A stretch of 63,586 nt of DNA, the filler included, from Nemertoderma westbladi (taxonomy: Eukaryota > Animalia > Xenacoelomorpha): the NCBI GenBank assembly GCA_032718475.1. It is 3 parts of 3 records of this genome, joined end to end, with 100 filler letters (N's around TTAATTAATTAA, not from the genome) between each part and the next. Parts side by side here need not be neighbours in the genome. Positions count along the whole stretch, not along the records: positions 1 to 23,032 come from JAUCBJ010005826.1; 2 more parts are not named here. One strand, written 5' to 3'. Both the position numbers and the translations under genes were made by a program. This document shows positions 10,428 through 20,518 of the stretch, in pieces (position 1 is the stretch's first letter; every line of letters starts with the position of its first letter). The notes beneath the pieces are model-generated. The model saw only the letters and a list, made by a program, of their open reading frames with translations, was not told the origin of the DNA and did not search any database.

Positions 10428-13400
10428 ATGGCTGAAGCAAAAACTGAGGCAACAATACCGCGAAGTGTTGAACGTTTGGAACCCTTAATTACAATGGTTG
10501 TAAAACACCCAACGGAACCCAACATACGTTGTCTAATCGCCAGTCTGGCCCATCTAACCAACTCCCAGGTAGCGGAACTGCATGAACTGTTTTCCTACCC
10601 ATTAGTGAGAGCGTTGAAATCAACCTCTAGCGAGACTGTTTGGATCCAATGTATCGCAGGTCTCAACATTATCATTCAACCGAGTAAGGTGGTCTCATGG
10701 CCGATGTTTCGGGATATATTTACAACATTAAATGTAAAACTTGGAACACCTGAAGGTAAAGCTTTACCAGAGATTAGCGAGGAGATTAAAATTAATGTAT
10801 TAAAACTTAATAAGTTGTTATTGCAACGCTCAGATTCGGAGTTAATTTGTGTAAATTTCTTTAATTCTAATTTTATTCCGGCGATCGGGTTCTCTATAAC
10901 ATTGTTTCTTAGTTTTTTAGAACAAGAACGATCTCGTGATCTCCTGTTAGAAGTTTTTAAATATTTACAATATTTGATGAATCCAGAGGACGACAAAGTT
11001 AAACCACTAGCTAGCTCAATCGCATCGGCATTCCTCCCCGGGATTTCGCTGTCTCTGACAAAGTTTATCACAAGAAACCCAACGATCGGACACGCGGTCC
11101 TTGCTGCTGCTATAGAAACTCTAAAATGTTTAATTGTTTCGGTAATGCGAGATGATCTAACAGAGTGGCCTTCAGTAGATTCTCCGCTGGTACCAAAACG
11201 AAGTGATTCTTTGATCGAAAGAAATTCTGAAAAATTAACACTTCTGTTTCGCGAGGTTTGCGATCGGTATCAGTCGCACTGGAGGTGCCGACTGGCTTTG
11301 GTCGAACTGTCTAGAGATCTAATGATCCATTGTAGAATTAATCTTGCTAATAATATTCCTATTTTGTTGCATTGTCTACTTTCTCATCTTAGTGATGATT
11401 CGAAAACCGTAGTAAATGTAGCGAAAAAATCCTTAAAACTATACCAAGATATTTCGTTGAAGACGAAAACTCAGTTAGATTCGATGTTGCACAACGAGCT
11501 GATAAATGTTATGAAGAAATTACCGGAAATTTGCGCTGTTTCGTCGCAGGAAAAAATAATAATGAAATTAAAATCTTTATTAGGAAATCTTACTTTCTTG
11601 CAAGAAAATAGTAAGGGTAATCAACTACTCCTCTCGCTAGTTTTGAAGGATAACTTTACCCGTGGTTTTCTGACAGTTTTAAGAATAGATTTGAGTAGCA
11701 TAGGAATACTAACTCAACAATCTTCAGGGATAACAAAGGCTCATTTCAATATCAAAACGAATGATACAGAGAAACTTGTATCTGGTATTTATCTTCCAAA
11801 GAAACGATTTATGTATATCACTGACGATTTAGCTTTATCGACTGTTCAAGACATCCTCAGAGTAATTGGAAAAGTTTGCGACATATCGATATTAATCGAT
11901 GATTACTTGAGTTACCTTCACGATAAACAAGAGTTACGATTATCCGCAGTTTACATTATTAATTCTGTAATCTTGGGTGCATGCCAACCAGGTGTACATA
12001 TGGAAGATAAAAGGGTGGGTTGTGTTGGCGAAGTCGTTCTTACTTATACTGACCTACTGATGTCCGCGGATTTAAATGAGGTACCTGAATCATCGTTAGA
12101 AGATATGAAATCCAATGCTTTTCTCGAGTCATTGCTCCTGGAAGGTATAGGTAACTGTGCTACGTATATTGGAAAAGAGTTTGATATCCTCATAATTCGT
12201 GTGATTTACCCTTTGCTATTTAAATTAAGTAATAATTCATTAGCATTAATTTCCAATTCATCGTACTCAGCTCTTATTAACATTGTTACAATATGTGGCT
12301 ACGGGAGTCTCGCAAACTTTATTACTGATAACGTTGACTATCTGGTTAGCGATATTTTCCTTAAACTCCGACACATCGACATTCACCAGGAAGCGCCTTC
12401 AGTTCTTATAGTCGTTCTGGAATACAGCAACTTAGATTTAATTCCTTATATCTCGCACGTGATTGATTACGTATTGTCCATCTTAGACACCAATCAGGGT
12501 CGTATGGATACCGAATTATTACTCGTGTGTCGCGCCGTCGTCAAAATGATTAGCCAATCTGTTGATGTTGAGCAATCGCAGAGAACATGGGAGGATGATG
12601 AGTCACCAAGAACATCATTAAATAGGCAAAAAACTATCACGGAATATATTACTCAATATCACGATCTTCAAACTAAAGAACATAATGTATCTGAACACGA
12701 CAGTGATTCTGAAGAATTCGGTGACAAAGATCCCCCATCAGACTCAGAGAAACAGTTGCAAGACGATACAGAACGAATCCCTCTGCATATAAGTCTCACC
12801 TGTAGCATAATATCCCGTTGTGTTTCATTTATGAGTTCTCCTTTGCCACAATGTCGGATGGTTGTTTTGGATACAGTTGTTTGGTCCATTAAGATCTTAT
12901 CATCCCGACATAATCAACTATTTCCTGAGGTTCATCACCTCTGGACGCCACTGATTCCGAGGTTCTCAGATTCCGAACCCCCGGTCCGTCTCAAGGCCTT
13001 CGACGTTCTCGTCTGCATGGCCCAACACGCGAAATCTTTCGTGAGCAACCGTATTGGCAAGGATGCCTTGCCCCATATTATTAGTTTCCTTAGCAACCAA
13101 GCGCGCGTTAGTTACGCATCCCATTCCTCGTATATTTTCTCCTCTTCCTATAAAACCCAGTTGTATATCATACAATATTTGTTCCCATTATGTCGATATT
13201 TAAATCTCCATTGGAAACAAATTCACGAACTTTGTTCCACTTGTCTCCCTTATCTCTCCTGCAAGCAGCCGGAGTTACTACAGTCTGCGGTCGTTGAGTG
13301 TCTGACTTTGTTTAACTCGCTGCATTCAGATATTGTTTGGTCTTTATTAATTAAATACAGTTCTGTGACTTTATTGCCTTCTATTCCTAAAGAGTCGGAC

Positions 13401-13457
13401 GGTAATGAATATTATTGCAATGTTAATAAAATTTTAAATATTGAAAAAAGTATATAA
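10428..13457 (+). CDS. TTI1: TELO2-interacting protein 1 homolog (TTT complex, HEAT/ARM repeats), single-exon CDS
   Basis: 1009-aa helical-repeat ORF with TTI1-type motifs AFLPGI, HWRCRLAL, LLLEGIG, NVDYLV, an acidic loop, HHLWTPLIPRF and PYLSCKQPELLQ. Confidence 0.88.
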   Translation: MAEAKTEATIPRSVERLEPLITMVVKHPTEPNIRCLIASLAHLTNSQVAELHELFSYPLVRALKSTSSETVWIQCIAGLNIIIQPSKVVSWPMFRDIFTTLNVKLGTPEGKALPEISEEIKINVLKLNKLLLQRSDSELICVNFFNSNFIPAIGFSITLFLSFLEQERSRDLLLEVFKYLQYLMNPEDDKVKPLASSIASAFLPGISLSLTKFITRNPTIGHAVLAAAIETLKCLIVSVMRDDLTEWPSVDSPLVPKRSDSLIERNSEKLTLLFREVCDRYQSHWRCRLALVELSRDLMIHCRINLANNIPILLHCLLSHLSDDSKTVVNVAKKSLKLYQDISLKTKTQLDSMLHNELINVMKKLPEICAVSSQEKIIMKLKSLLGNLTFLQENSKGNQLLLSLVLKDNFTRGFLTVLRIDLSSIGILTQQSSGITKAHFNIKTNDTEKLVSGIYLPKKRFMYITDDLALSTVQDILRVIGKVCDISILIDDYLSYLHDKQELRLSAVYIINSVILGACQPGVHMEDKRVGCVGEVVLTYTDLLMSADLNEVPESSLEDMKSNAFLESLLLEGIGNCATYIGKEFDILIIRVIYPLLFKLSNNSLALISNSSYSALINIVTICGYGSLANFITDNVDYLVSDIFLKLRHIDIHQEAPSVLIVVLEYSNLDLIPYISHVIDYVLSILDTNQGRMDTELLLVCRAVVKMISQSVDVEQSQRTWEDDESPRTSLNRQKTITEYITQYHDLQTKEHNVSEHDSDSEEFGDKDPPSDSEKQLQDDTERIPLHISLTCSIISRCVSFMSSPLPQCRMVVLDTVVWSIKILSSRHNQLFPEVHHLWTPLIPRFSDSEPPVRLKAFDVLVCMAQHAKSFVSNRIGKDALPHIISFLSNQARVSYASHSSYIFSSSYKTQLYIIQYLFPLCRYLNLHWKQIHELCSTCLPYLSCKQPELLQSAVVECLTLFNSLHSDIVWSLLIKYSSVTLLPSIPKESDGNEYYCNVNKILNIEKSI

Positions 13458-14049
13458 TGGTTTAAAACTAATTACAAGTCATTTATAGACTTTTGATCAA
13501 ATGCGAGACGTGTTGAATTATAATAATAATAATATGCCACTGATTTAATTAAACAAACATAAACAAATTCAATTATTATTATTTTTGTTATGCCGCTATT
13601 TCTTATTATTACAGGTCAACGTTTTATTAAAAAAACCTTAACGCTGTTAATATAAACAGCGATTTCTCATGTATCAAATAGAACATGTTAGTTGACCCTA
13701 GAGAACAATGTCACAGTAGTAGCTGTACATTTTAATAGCGAAGTAATTTAGACTTTACAGTTGTTCTAGATCGTACTTTAAAATGCCTTTGAAACCTGAA
13801 ACATTACTCTCCCGCCGTCATTATTTTTTTCACCAACATTACTTTACAAATAATTAAACGAAGAATAACCTTGTGGAAGCATTACCCGTCTTGTAAAAAA
13901 ACTGAGGATTTACCTCTTCATTATGACATTTTAGCCAATTCCAAATAATGTAAGCCTGACCGCCTATTAATTAATTAATTAGTTGTGGACAATAATAAAA
14001 ACCATAAACCAACCAAAAACCAGGAGCGTCTATCTTTTGTGTCAGCACT

Positions 14050-14640
14050 ATACCAGACCTTCGGATACGTAAGGGGAAGTTAAATAGTCTGTCCAGGATT
14101 TGGAAGTCCCATAGAATAAAACGGAACCTTAAGGTTCGATTATTTATGGCAGTAGTAGTACCAGTATTTTTATATGGGAGTCCATGCTGCGCTCTAACTG
14201 CTGAGGACACCAAATCTCTGGATGGCACTTTCACAAGAATGCTGCGCCGTGTCATTGTGTCAAGTACAATGAACAGATCTCCAATCAGACTATACAACAT
14301 TGGAGGTGTACATTAGTCTCCCCTAGCTTGACACTTGAATGGAACCGCCTCCGCTTTGCAGGACATTGCTTTAGCCGTGAGGACCAGCCTGTGCATAATA
14401 TTGTGCTTTGGCGGCCTCATGGCATGGAGTGAATAAGCATGGTGGACAGCCCATGACTTTCTGAGACGCATCTTAAAGGGCACTGGTCTTGAAGGTGTGG
14501 ATGATGTAACAAATGTCATGGGTGATAGGGAGTTGTGGAGGCGCAATATTGTCGACAGGCCGACACAGCATTCTTAATAAATTGTAATATATATATATAA
14601 TGCAGATGCAATGCAGCATGCCGATCGTAGTAGTAGTAGT
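14050..14640 (+). mobile_element. 3' fragment of an RTE-type LINE family with (TAG)n tail
   Basis: Degenerate LKVRLF..VVPVFLYG...[10 protein letters not shown]...RLRFAGHC coding remnants, ending GCAGCATGCCGATCGTAGTAGTAGT; same family at 18484, 34355 and 56961. Confidence 0.85.
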
Positions 14641-15509
14641 GTGAGCACTGATAAGTGTTCATCAGGACATATATTCCAGTAGATGCAATTATAAATATTT
14701 ATGCCAAGCGAAAAAACGTCGCATACAACTAATTTAGCAATTTCCGCTAGGCCTACCGTAGGCCTATTCAGATAGTGGTGCAAATTGTACGTGAGTGAAA
14801 ATATGATCTCCTGCGTAAATTGACTTCAGGTGAAATAAAGATTCATTTACTGTTTTGGAATATTTTAAATTAAATTAAATAAATTTTGTAAAGTAAAGCC
14901 CGCAAACACATTGGTGTTTGCGGTCATTTTGCCCCATTGGGGGGCATTGGGACACGGTCTGCAGGTTGTCGACCCTTATCGGCTGTTATGTGAAACTGTA
15001 TGATGACTTCAATGGCCGCATCAAAACCTCATCACATCATGTGTCTGTCTATGCGTATTCATTACGTAACTGGACGTCTCTTAAATTTTAAATTGTCACT
15101 TAAATTTATATAATTAAATTGAGACTTAAAACAACCAGAGCATTTTAGTTTGGGAGCCGAATTTAATAGTCCCTCGTTGTTTAAGAGTGACGGGGGGGGG
15201 GGGGGGGGGGGGGGGACTTGACGCAAATCGCATCTTGACAAAACAATCAACGGAAGTCAATAGAACTGGTTGGAGTTTCATTTTAGAGATTAATTAATCA
15301 GCTGCAAATTGCGACGATTTTCCCCTGGTGAGTGTTGAATTTTTTGATTGCGTCAAAAGACCTACCCCAACCCCCCACCTGGTTTAAGAATAATCCTAAG
15401 AGATGGACTTTGCCTTACACAAAAATAGTATAAAACGATAAATTATAATATCCTTGTGCTTAATTTATTTATAATTATAATATTACTTTTTATGAATCAT
15501 AATAATTAA

Positions 15510-17753
15510 TTAACCAGTTTGACGGCGAACCAACTTGGCGTAATGGCCACCGAGCTTCATTAACTTATAATGAGTTCCTATCTCTACTATCCTCCCCTCG
15601 TGTACCACCGCTATACAATCCGCATCCTTTATGGTACTTAACCGATGGGCTATAACGATTGTTGTCCTCCCTTTACACGCGTTGTTCAACGCCGCTTGTA
15701 CAAGACTCTCCGAGTTCGCATCGAGAGCGCTTGTTGCCTCGTCCAAGATCAGCACCGCGGGATCTTTTATTATCGCCCTCGCTATGGCTATCCGTTGCTT
15801 CTGTCCCCCGCTCACGGTAACTCCTCGCTCCCCGATTAGCGTATCGTAACCGTTCGAGAATTCCTCGATAAAATCGTGAGCGAACGCAGCCCTCGCCGCG
15901 GACTCAACTTCTGAGTCGGAAGCGGCGGGTCGCCCGTAGCGAATGTTCTCCCGGATGGAAGTCGCGAAGAGAACCGGTTCCTGGGCGATGTAGCCGAGCA
16001 CGGAGGAACGCAACCAGTCGGGATTGAGGTTGCGGATCGGTCGGCCGTCCAGGAGGATCCGGCCGGAATCCGGTTCGTAAAGGCGCTCCAACAGCGCGGC
16101 AATCGTCGACTTACCCGCGCCGGTTGCGCCGCACAGTGCCATCGTTGTGCCCGCGGGCACCGAGAGGTTCAACTCGCGGAGGACTTTATCGTCCGGACGG
16201 GTCGGGTAGGTGAAGGTGATGTTGTGGAAGTCGATGGAGCCACGAAGGGAGTGGGCGGGGATGGTGGGACGCGTGGGGGATCCAGTGGGAGGGGTGGGGG
16301 ATCCGGTGTGAGGGGATCCAGAGGGATCGCTTAGGGATCCAGTGGTGAAGGATCCATTGGAAGGGATTGGGGATGCTGGGATTAGTTGCTCCGTCTCTAT
16401 AAATTGAGAAACACGCGATCCAGCGGATAAACCCCGTATCGCCTGCCCGTAGAGGAGGGATAACTGCGCGAGAGATCGTTGCACCATCTGCATGGAGACG
16501 AGGAAGGACATGAGTTCACCTGGATGGAGTTGGTCGCGGTGGATAAGGAAACCCCCGGTGTAGAGAATCCCAAGGAGTAGAGAGTTGATAACTAAGTTGG
16601 TTAATCCTTGGAATAACCCGATATAAGATACTAAAAGTTCGTTAATTCGGGTTGATTTGTTTAATTCTGAGTTGTAAGTTTCGATTTCTCGCCGTTCCAT
16701 CGCGAATATTCGCACAGTTCGGATGGCGGATAAGGCTTGTTCCGCTACGCCGCTAGACGTCGCTGTCTGCTGCTGCGCTACGGTCGCTAGGTAACGCAGA
16801 CCCGTTCCTATGGTGACGCCGCACGCGGTGACCACGACCAGCACCACGGCGGTGGCAGCAGACAGCTCCGGGGACAGTAGGTACATGGATACGACACAGC
16901 CGACAGTCTGCAGCGCGGCGCGGAGGCCCTGCGAGACGACGAGTTTGAACGAGTGTTTGATATCCTGAACGTCGGCAGACAGACGGGAGGTCAGCTCGCC
17001 GACGTGGCGCGAGTCGAAGAACGCGATGTCCCGGTGGACGAGCGAAGCGAACAACTCTGAGCGAAGTCGTGATGCGAGTCGCTCGCCCACCGCCCCCATA
17101 AAGCTTATGTAAAGGAAAGTGGCTCCGGCCTGGAGGCAGTAGAGTAGAAACAGGTTGATAGCTGGCAGTCGCACGCGGTCCAGAAAGCTACCGCCGCTAC
17201 TTGATACGATATCAACGATCGCGGATATCTGTAACGGGATCCGTATGTTAGTTGCCGCCGCTAGAATAGCCATACATATCGCTACGATCAAGGTACTCAA
17301 GTCTGGTTTTAATAGACGCCAGAAAACGGACCAGTTAATGCCGTCGGGTTGAGGTTCGGTGTCGATGTGTTGAACTCGCGTTGAGCAATGAGCGACTGGA
17401 ACGGGGGGAATGCGAAAGTAAAGAGTCCAAACTAGGGTCAGTAATAATCCGGTTAGTAAGGAAGTTAATATGATAAACTTTAGTGAATGATTGGCACTCG
17501 GTTGAATAAAACGATGTAGTATATGTGTTCGGCCAGACAAGTGAGGTCTAAAGAAGCGAATTGCGTTTGTGTTTAATTTAACTAGAGAAGATACGGATAA
17601 TTTTGGAAATTCGTGTTGCAATTTTCCTTTTAACAAACTTATACTCGGTTGCGATAAGAGGGAATTCTTTCTAGAATAAGTTGCAAGACGAGATGATGAA
17701 GGTTTAACATAATATCGACAATGGGCTCGCGAAACGAGCATTGTGAAGGCCAT
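15510..17753 (-). CDS. ABCB8: Mitochondrial ABC half-transporter, ABCB8-like, single-exon CDS
   Basis: 747 aa: Arg/Ser-rich targeting-type N-terminus, ABC TMD (DIAFFD, DVQDIKHSFKLVVSQGLR, LAQLSLLYGQ), Walker A GATGAGKST, Q-loop IAQEPVLF, signature VSGGQKQR, Walker B ILDEATSALD. KHSFKLVVSQGLR favours ABCB8 over ABCB10. Confidence 0.88.
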   Translation of the reverse strand: MAFTMLVSRAHCRYYVKPSSSRLATYSRKNSLLSQPSISLLKGKLQHEFPKLSVSSLVKLNTNAIRFFRPHLSGRTHILHRFIQPSANHSLKFIILTSLLTGLLLTLVWTLYFRIPPVPVAHCSTRVQHIDTEPQPDGINWSVFWRLLKPDLSTLIVAICMAILAAATNIRIPLQISAIVDIVSSSGGSFLDRVRLPAINLFLLYCLQAGATFLYISFMGAVGERLASRLRSELFASLVHRDIAFFDSRHVGELTSRLSADVQDIKHSFKLVVSQGLRAALQTVGCVVSMYLLSPELSAATAVVLVVVTACGVTIGTGLRYLATVAQQQTATSSGVAEQALSAIRTVRIFAMERREIETYNSELNKSTRINELLVSYIGLFQGLTNLVINSLLLGILYTGGFLIHRDQLHPGELMSFLVSMQMVQRSLAQLSLLYGQAIRGLSAGSRVSQFIETEQLIPASPIPSNGSFTTGSLSDPSGSPHTGSPTPPTGSPTRPTIPAHSLRGSIDFHNITFTYPTRPDDKVLRELNLSVPAGTTMALCGATGAGKSTIAALLERLYEPDSGRILLDGRPIRNLNPDWLRSSVLGYIAQEPVLFATSIRENIRYGRPAASDSEVESAARAAFAHDFIEEFSNGYDTLIGERGVTVSGGQKQRIAIARAIIKDPAVLILDEATSALDANSESLVQAALNNACKGRTTIVIAHRLSTIKDADCIAVVHEGRIVEIGTHYKLMKLGGHYAKLVRRQTG

Positions 17754-17787
17754 AGTTCTGTAGTTACAAGTTTATAAATTTTTAAAG

Positions 17788-18237
17788 TCACGATTTTATT
17801 AATTTGACAACAAAACTGCAGTTGTTACAGTTAATGATGAGCGGAAAGGAACAGGTTTCTCTTGCGAGCGTTTCTTCCAGGGAATACAAACCACCGCAAC
17901 GACAGTCATAGGTATAAATATCGATTTCAGTATCCCAGCAGAATTCGTCTAGAGTTAACTCAGCGTACACAACAGGCTGGTTGATATAATGTTTTTGCTT
18001 CAACCAGTAATCGTATCGCCTTCTCAGATCACTAGAACCCAATACGGACCACGCGAGCTGAATTCTATGGAATATGTCGGCACCGCAATGGGACTTAGGC
18101 TGCTTATCGGGATGGTGAATCAATAGTTTGTCTTGGTATTTTCGCTTAATCTCGTCTTGCGAGTCCGAGGGAACGCAATCTAGAACTTCGTAAAGATTAT
18201 CAGTGAGCTTAGCAAAATTAATAACAGAATCTTCCAT
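17788..18237 (-). CDS. DNAJC24: DPH4/DNAJC24 homolog (J-domain plus CSL zinc finger; diphthamide biosynthesis), single-exon CDS
   Basis: 149 aa with NLYEVL...HPDK J-domain and C-terminal YDCRCGG...CNNCS CSL finger. Confidence 0.92.
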   Translation of the reverse strand: MEDSVINFAKLTDNLYEVLDCVPSDSQDEIKRKYQDKLLIHHPDKQPKSHCGADIFHRIQLAWSVLGSSDLRRRYDYWLKQKHYINQPVVYAELTLDEFCWDTEIDIYTYDCRCGGLYSLEETLARETCSFPLIINCNNCSFVVKLIKS

Positions 18238-18483
18238 TTACGGTAGTAATGTAGTCTGGTAGTAGCGGTAACAAATTGTTATAAATTATGTAGGCCTAAC
18301 TCTGTAACTGAAACTGCCTAATACTGAAATAGTAATAGGGGACCTACTTTATTGAATACTGGTATAAAAGCTAAATTAATGCATTGTTCAAGGCGTGGCG
18401 TGGGTGTGCTGTGCGTGTGCATACTACATTGTGGTGAGTCCAAGGCACTTTATGGACTTTTAGGGGCAGTGGTGCTCTGGCAC

Positions 18484-18872
18484 CACTGGGCTCTGGGCTC
18501 TAACTCCAAATCTAACACAAAATCTCTGGATGGCACATTATCAAGAATGGTACTTCGGGTTCACTGTGCCAAGTACAATACACACATCTCCAACCATACA
18601 CTATATAACATTGGAGGTGTTTCATTGGTTCCCCAAGCTTGATACTTGAACAAAGCCGCCTCCGCTTTGCAGGAAATAATTTTCGGCGTAAAGACCAGCC
18701 TGTGCACAATCCTGTACTTTGGCAGCCCCATGGAGAAAATAAGTATGGTTATACCCCATGACTTTCGTGAGACGCCTCCTAAAGGACACGGACCTTGAAG
18801 ATTAGCGAAAGACATGGGGGATTGGGGGTTGTGGCGGTGCAACTTTGGTGATAAGCCGGTATAGCATTCCTA
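18484..18872 (+). mobile_element. Diverged 3' fragment of the RTE-type LINE family
   Basis: Aligns by eye to 14185-14575 and 34355-34668 (AAATCTCTGGATGGCAC, CCGCTTTGCAGGA, CCCATGACTT). Confidence 0.8.
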
Positions 18873-19129
18873 ATGCACGCGGCATTGCGCTTGCCAATTG
18901 TGGATTGCATGGTGGTGGCAAAATAGTTTTGTTAAGCCAGCATAGCATCTCAATGTGCAGTTTCAATTATAAGGCACTGAATCTACATAAACTAGCGCAT
19001 CCACCATAGTTAAAAACACCAGGTCGAAATAAACCATGTAATGGCTGGGGTAAATTATAAAAATTGACAACCACTTATTTTTATTTCCTTCTACACTAAA
19101 AGTGACATATTTCCTTTAATCACTAGTGA

Positions 19130-20518
19130 TCAGAACAATTTTGTTACCGTTAGCTTTAAAGCTTTATGAACACAATTGATGTGGGTGTTTAAGGAGCTTT
19201 GCTGACTGAATTCTTTATAACAATAACCGCAGTTATGTTTAATACCTTTATGGATAGAGTCGATATGTTGTTTTATACCGGATTTTGAACCAAATGATTT
19301 TCCACAATCGAAGCAGCTATACGTTATACCTTCATGGACCGAGTCGATGTGGGTCTTTAGGTAGTCTTTATAACTGAATTCTTTATCACAATAATCGCAT
19401 TCATATTTGACATCTTTATGGATGGAGTCGACATGTCGTTTAAGTACGAATTTTGTAGGAAACGATTTTCCACAATCGGAGCAGTTGTACTTGATACCTT
19501 CATGGACTGAGTCGATGTGGCGCTTTACGTGGTGTTTGTTACTGAATTCTTTATCACAGCAACCGCATTTATGTTTGACATCTCTATGGATAGAGTCGAC
19601 ATGTTGTTTTAGTTCGGTTTTTGTACTAAATGATTTCCCACAATGAACGCAGTTGTATTTTATATCTTTATGGGCGTAGTCGATGTGGGTCTTTAGGTTG
19701 TTTTTGTAACTAAATTGTTTATTACAATAACCGCATTTATATTTAATACCTATATGGATAGAGACGATATGTCGTTTTAGGTCGGATTTGGTTTCAAATG
19801 ATTTTCCACAATCAAAGCAGCTGTACTTGATACCTTCATGGACAGAGTCGATGTGGGTCTTTAGGAGGTGTTTGTAACTGAATTCTTTATTACAATAACC
19901 GCATTTATGTTTGATGCCTATATGGATACAGCTGATCTTCTTCTTATCACCGTTGTATTTAAACAGTTTCTCACAATAATCGCATTTATACTTTACTAAA
20001 TCCCTACCAGTTTTACTAGAATTATCGGTCTCTATTGTTGCACAACTGATTGTTGGTTCAGTAGCGTTGCAATGATCAACGTTGTCACGAGAGGTTCCAG
20101 CAACGTTAAATTGTTCTTCAACAGTTTGAGTTTCTGCTAATGACTCGGTAACTAAATCGCCTTCAGATTTTACACTTATAAATTTCAACCCAGAAGCAGA
20201 ATGCTGACTATGAATATCTGTATCTTCAGTTTCAATAGGCCTACCGTACGAAGAGTCTGGGTTGTCGTCTTCTTGTCTTTCGACAACAAAAGACTCTCCA
20301 GATGGTTCATAAGAATTAATATCTCCAAACAAATTGTTGCGATCTTCGATTGGAGATGATGTGTAAACGCAGTTATCTTGTATAACTTCATGACAATATG
20401 TGACCGTGACACTGTCTATTGGTTCTTTCTTGATGATTATAGAGTCTGTGAGTTCCTTCTTAACAATTATACCGGCACCACAGGATTTATCTTTCAATAA
20501 ATTAATTTGTTGATTCAT
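19130..20518 (-). CDS. C2H2 zinc-finger protein (~10 fingers), single-exon CDS
   Basis: Acidic N-terminus with IKKE motifs, then tandem CX2CX12HX4H fingers with HIDSVHEGIKY-type linkers. First ATG is at 20518 (the track ORF starts at TTG 20524). AATAAA at 19080-19085 on the minus strand. Confidence 0.9.
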   Translation of the reverse strand: MNQQINLLKDKSCGAGIIVKKELTDSIIIKKEPIDSVTVTYCHEVIQDNCVYTSSPIEDRNNLFGDINSYEPSGESFVVERQEDDNPDSSYGRPIETEDTDIHSQHSASGLKFISVKSEGDLVTESLAETQTVEEQFNVAGTSRDNVDHCNATEPTISCATIETDNSSKTGRDLVKYKCDYCEKLFKYNGDKKKISCIHIGIKHKCGYCNKEFSYKHLLKTHIDSVHEGIKYSCFDCGKSFETKSDLKRHIVSIHIGIKYKCGYCNKQFSYKNNLKTHIDYAHKDIKYNCVHCGKSFSTKTELKQHVDSIHRDVKHKCGCCDKEFSNKHHVKRHIDSVHEGIKYNCSDCGKSFPTKFVLKRHVDSIHKDVKYECDYCDKEFSYKDYLKTHIDSVHEGITYSCFDCGKSFGSKSGIKQHIDSIHKGIKHNCGYCYKEFSQQSSLNTHINCVHKALKLTVTKLF

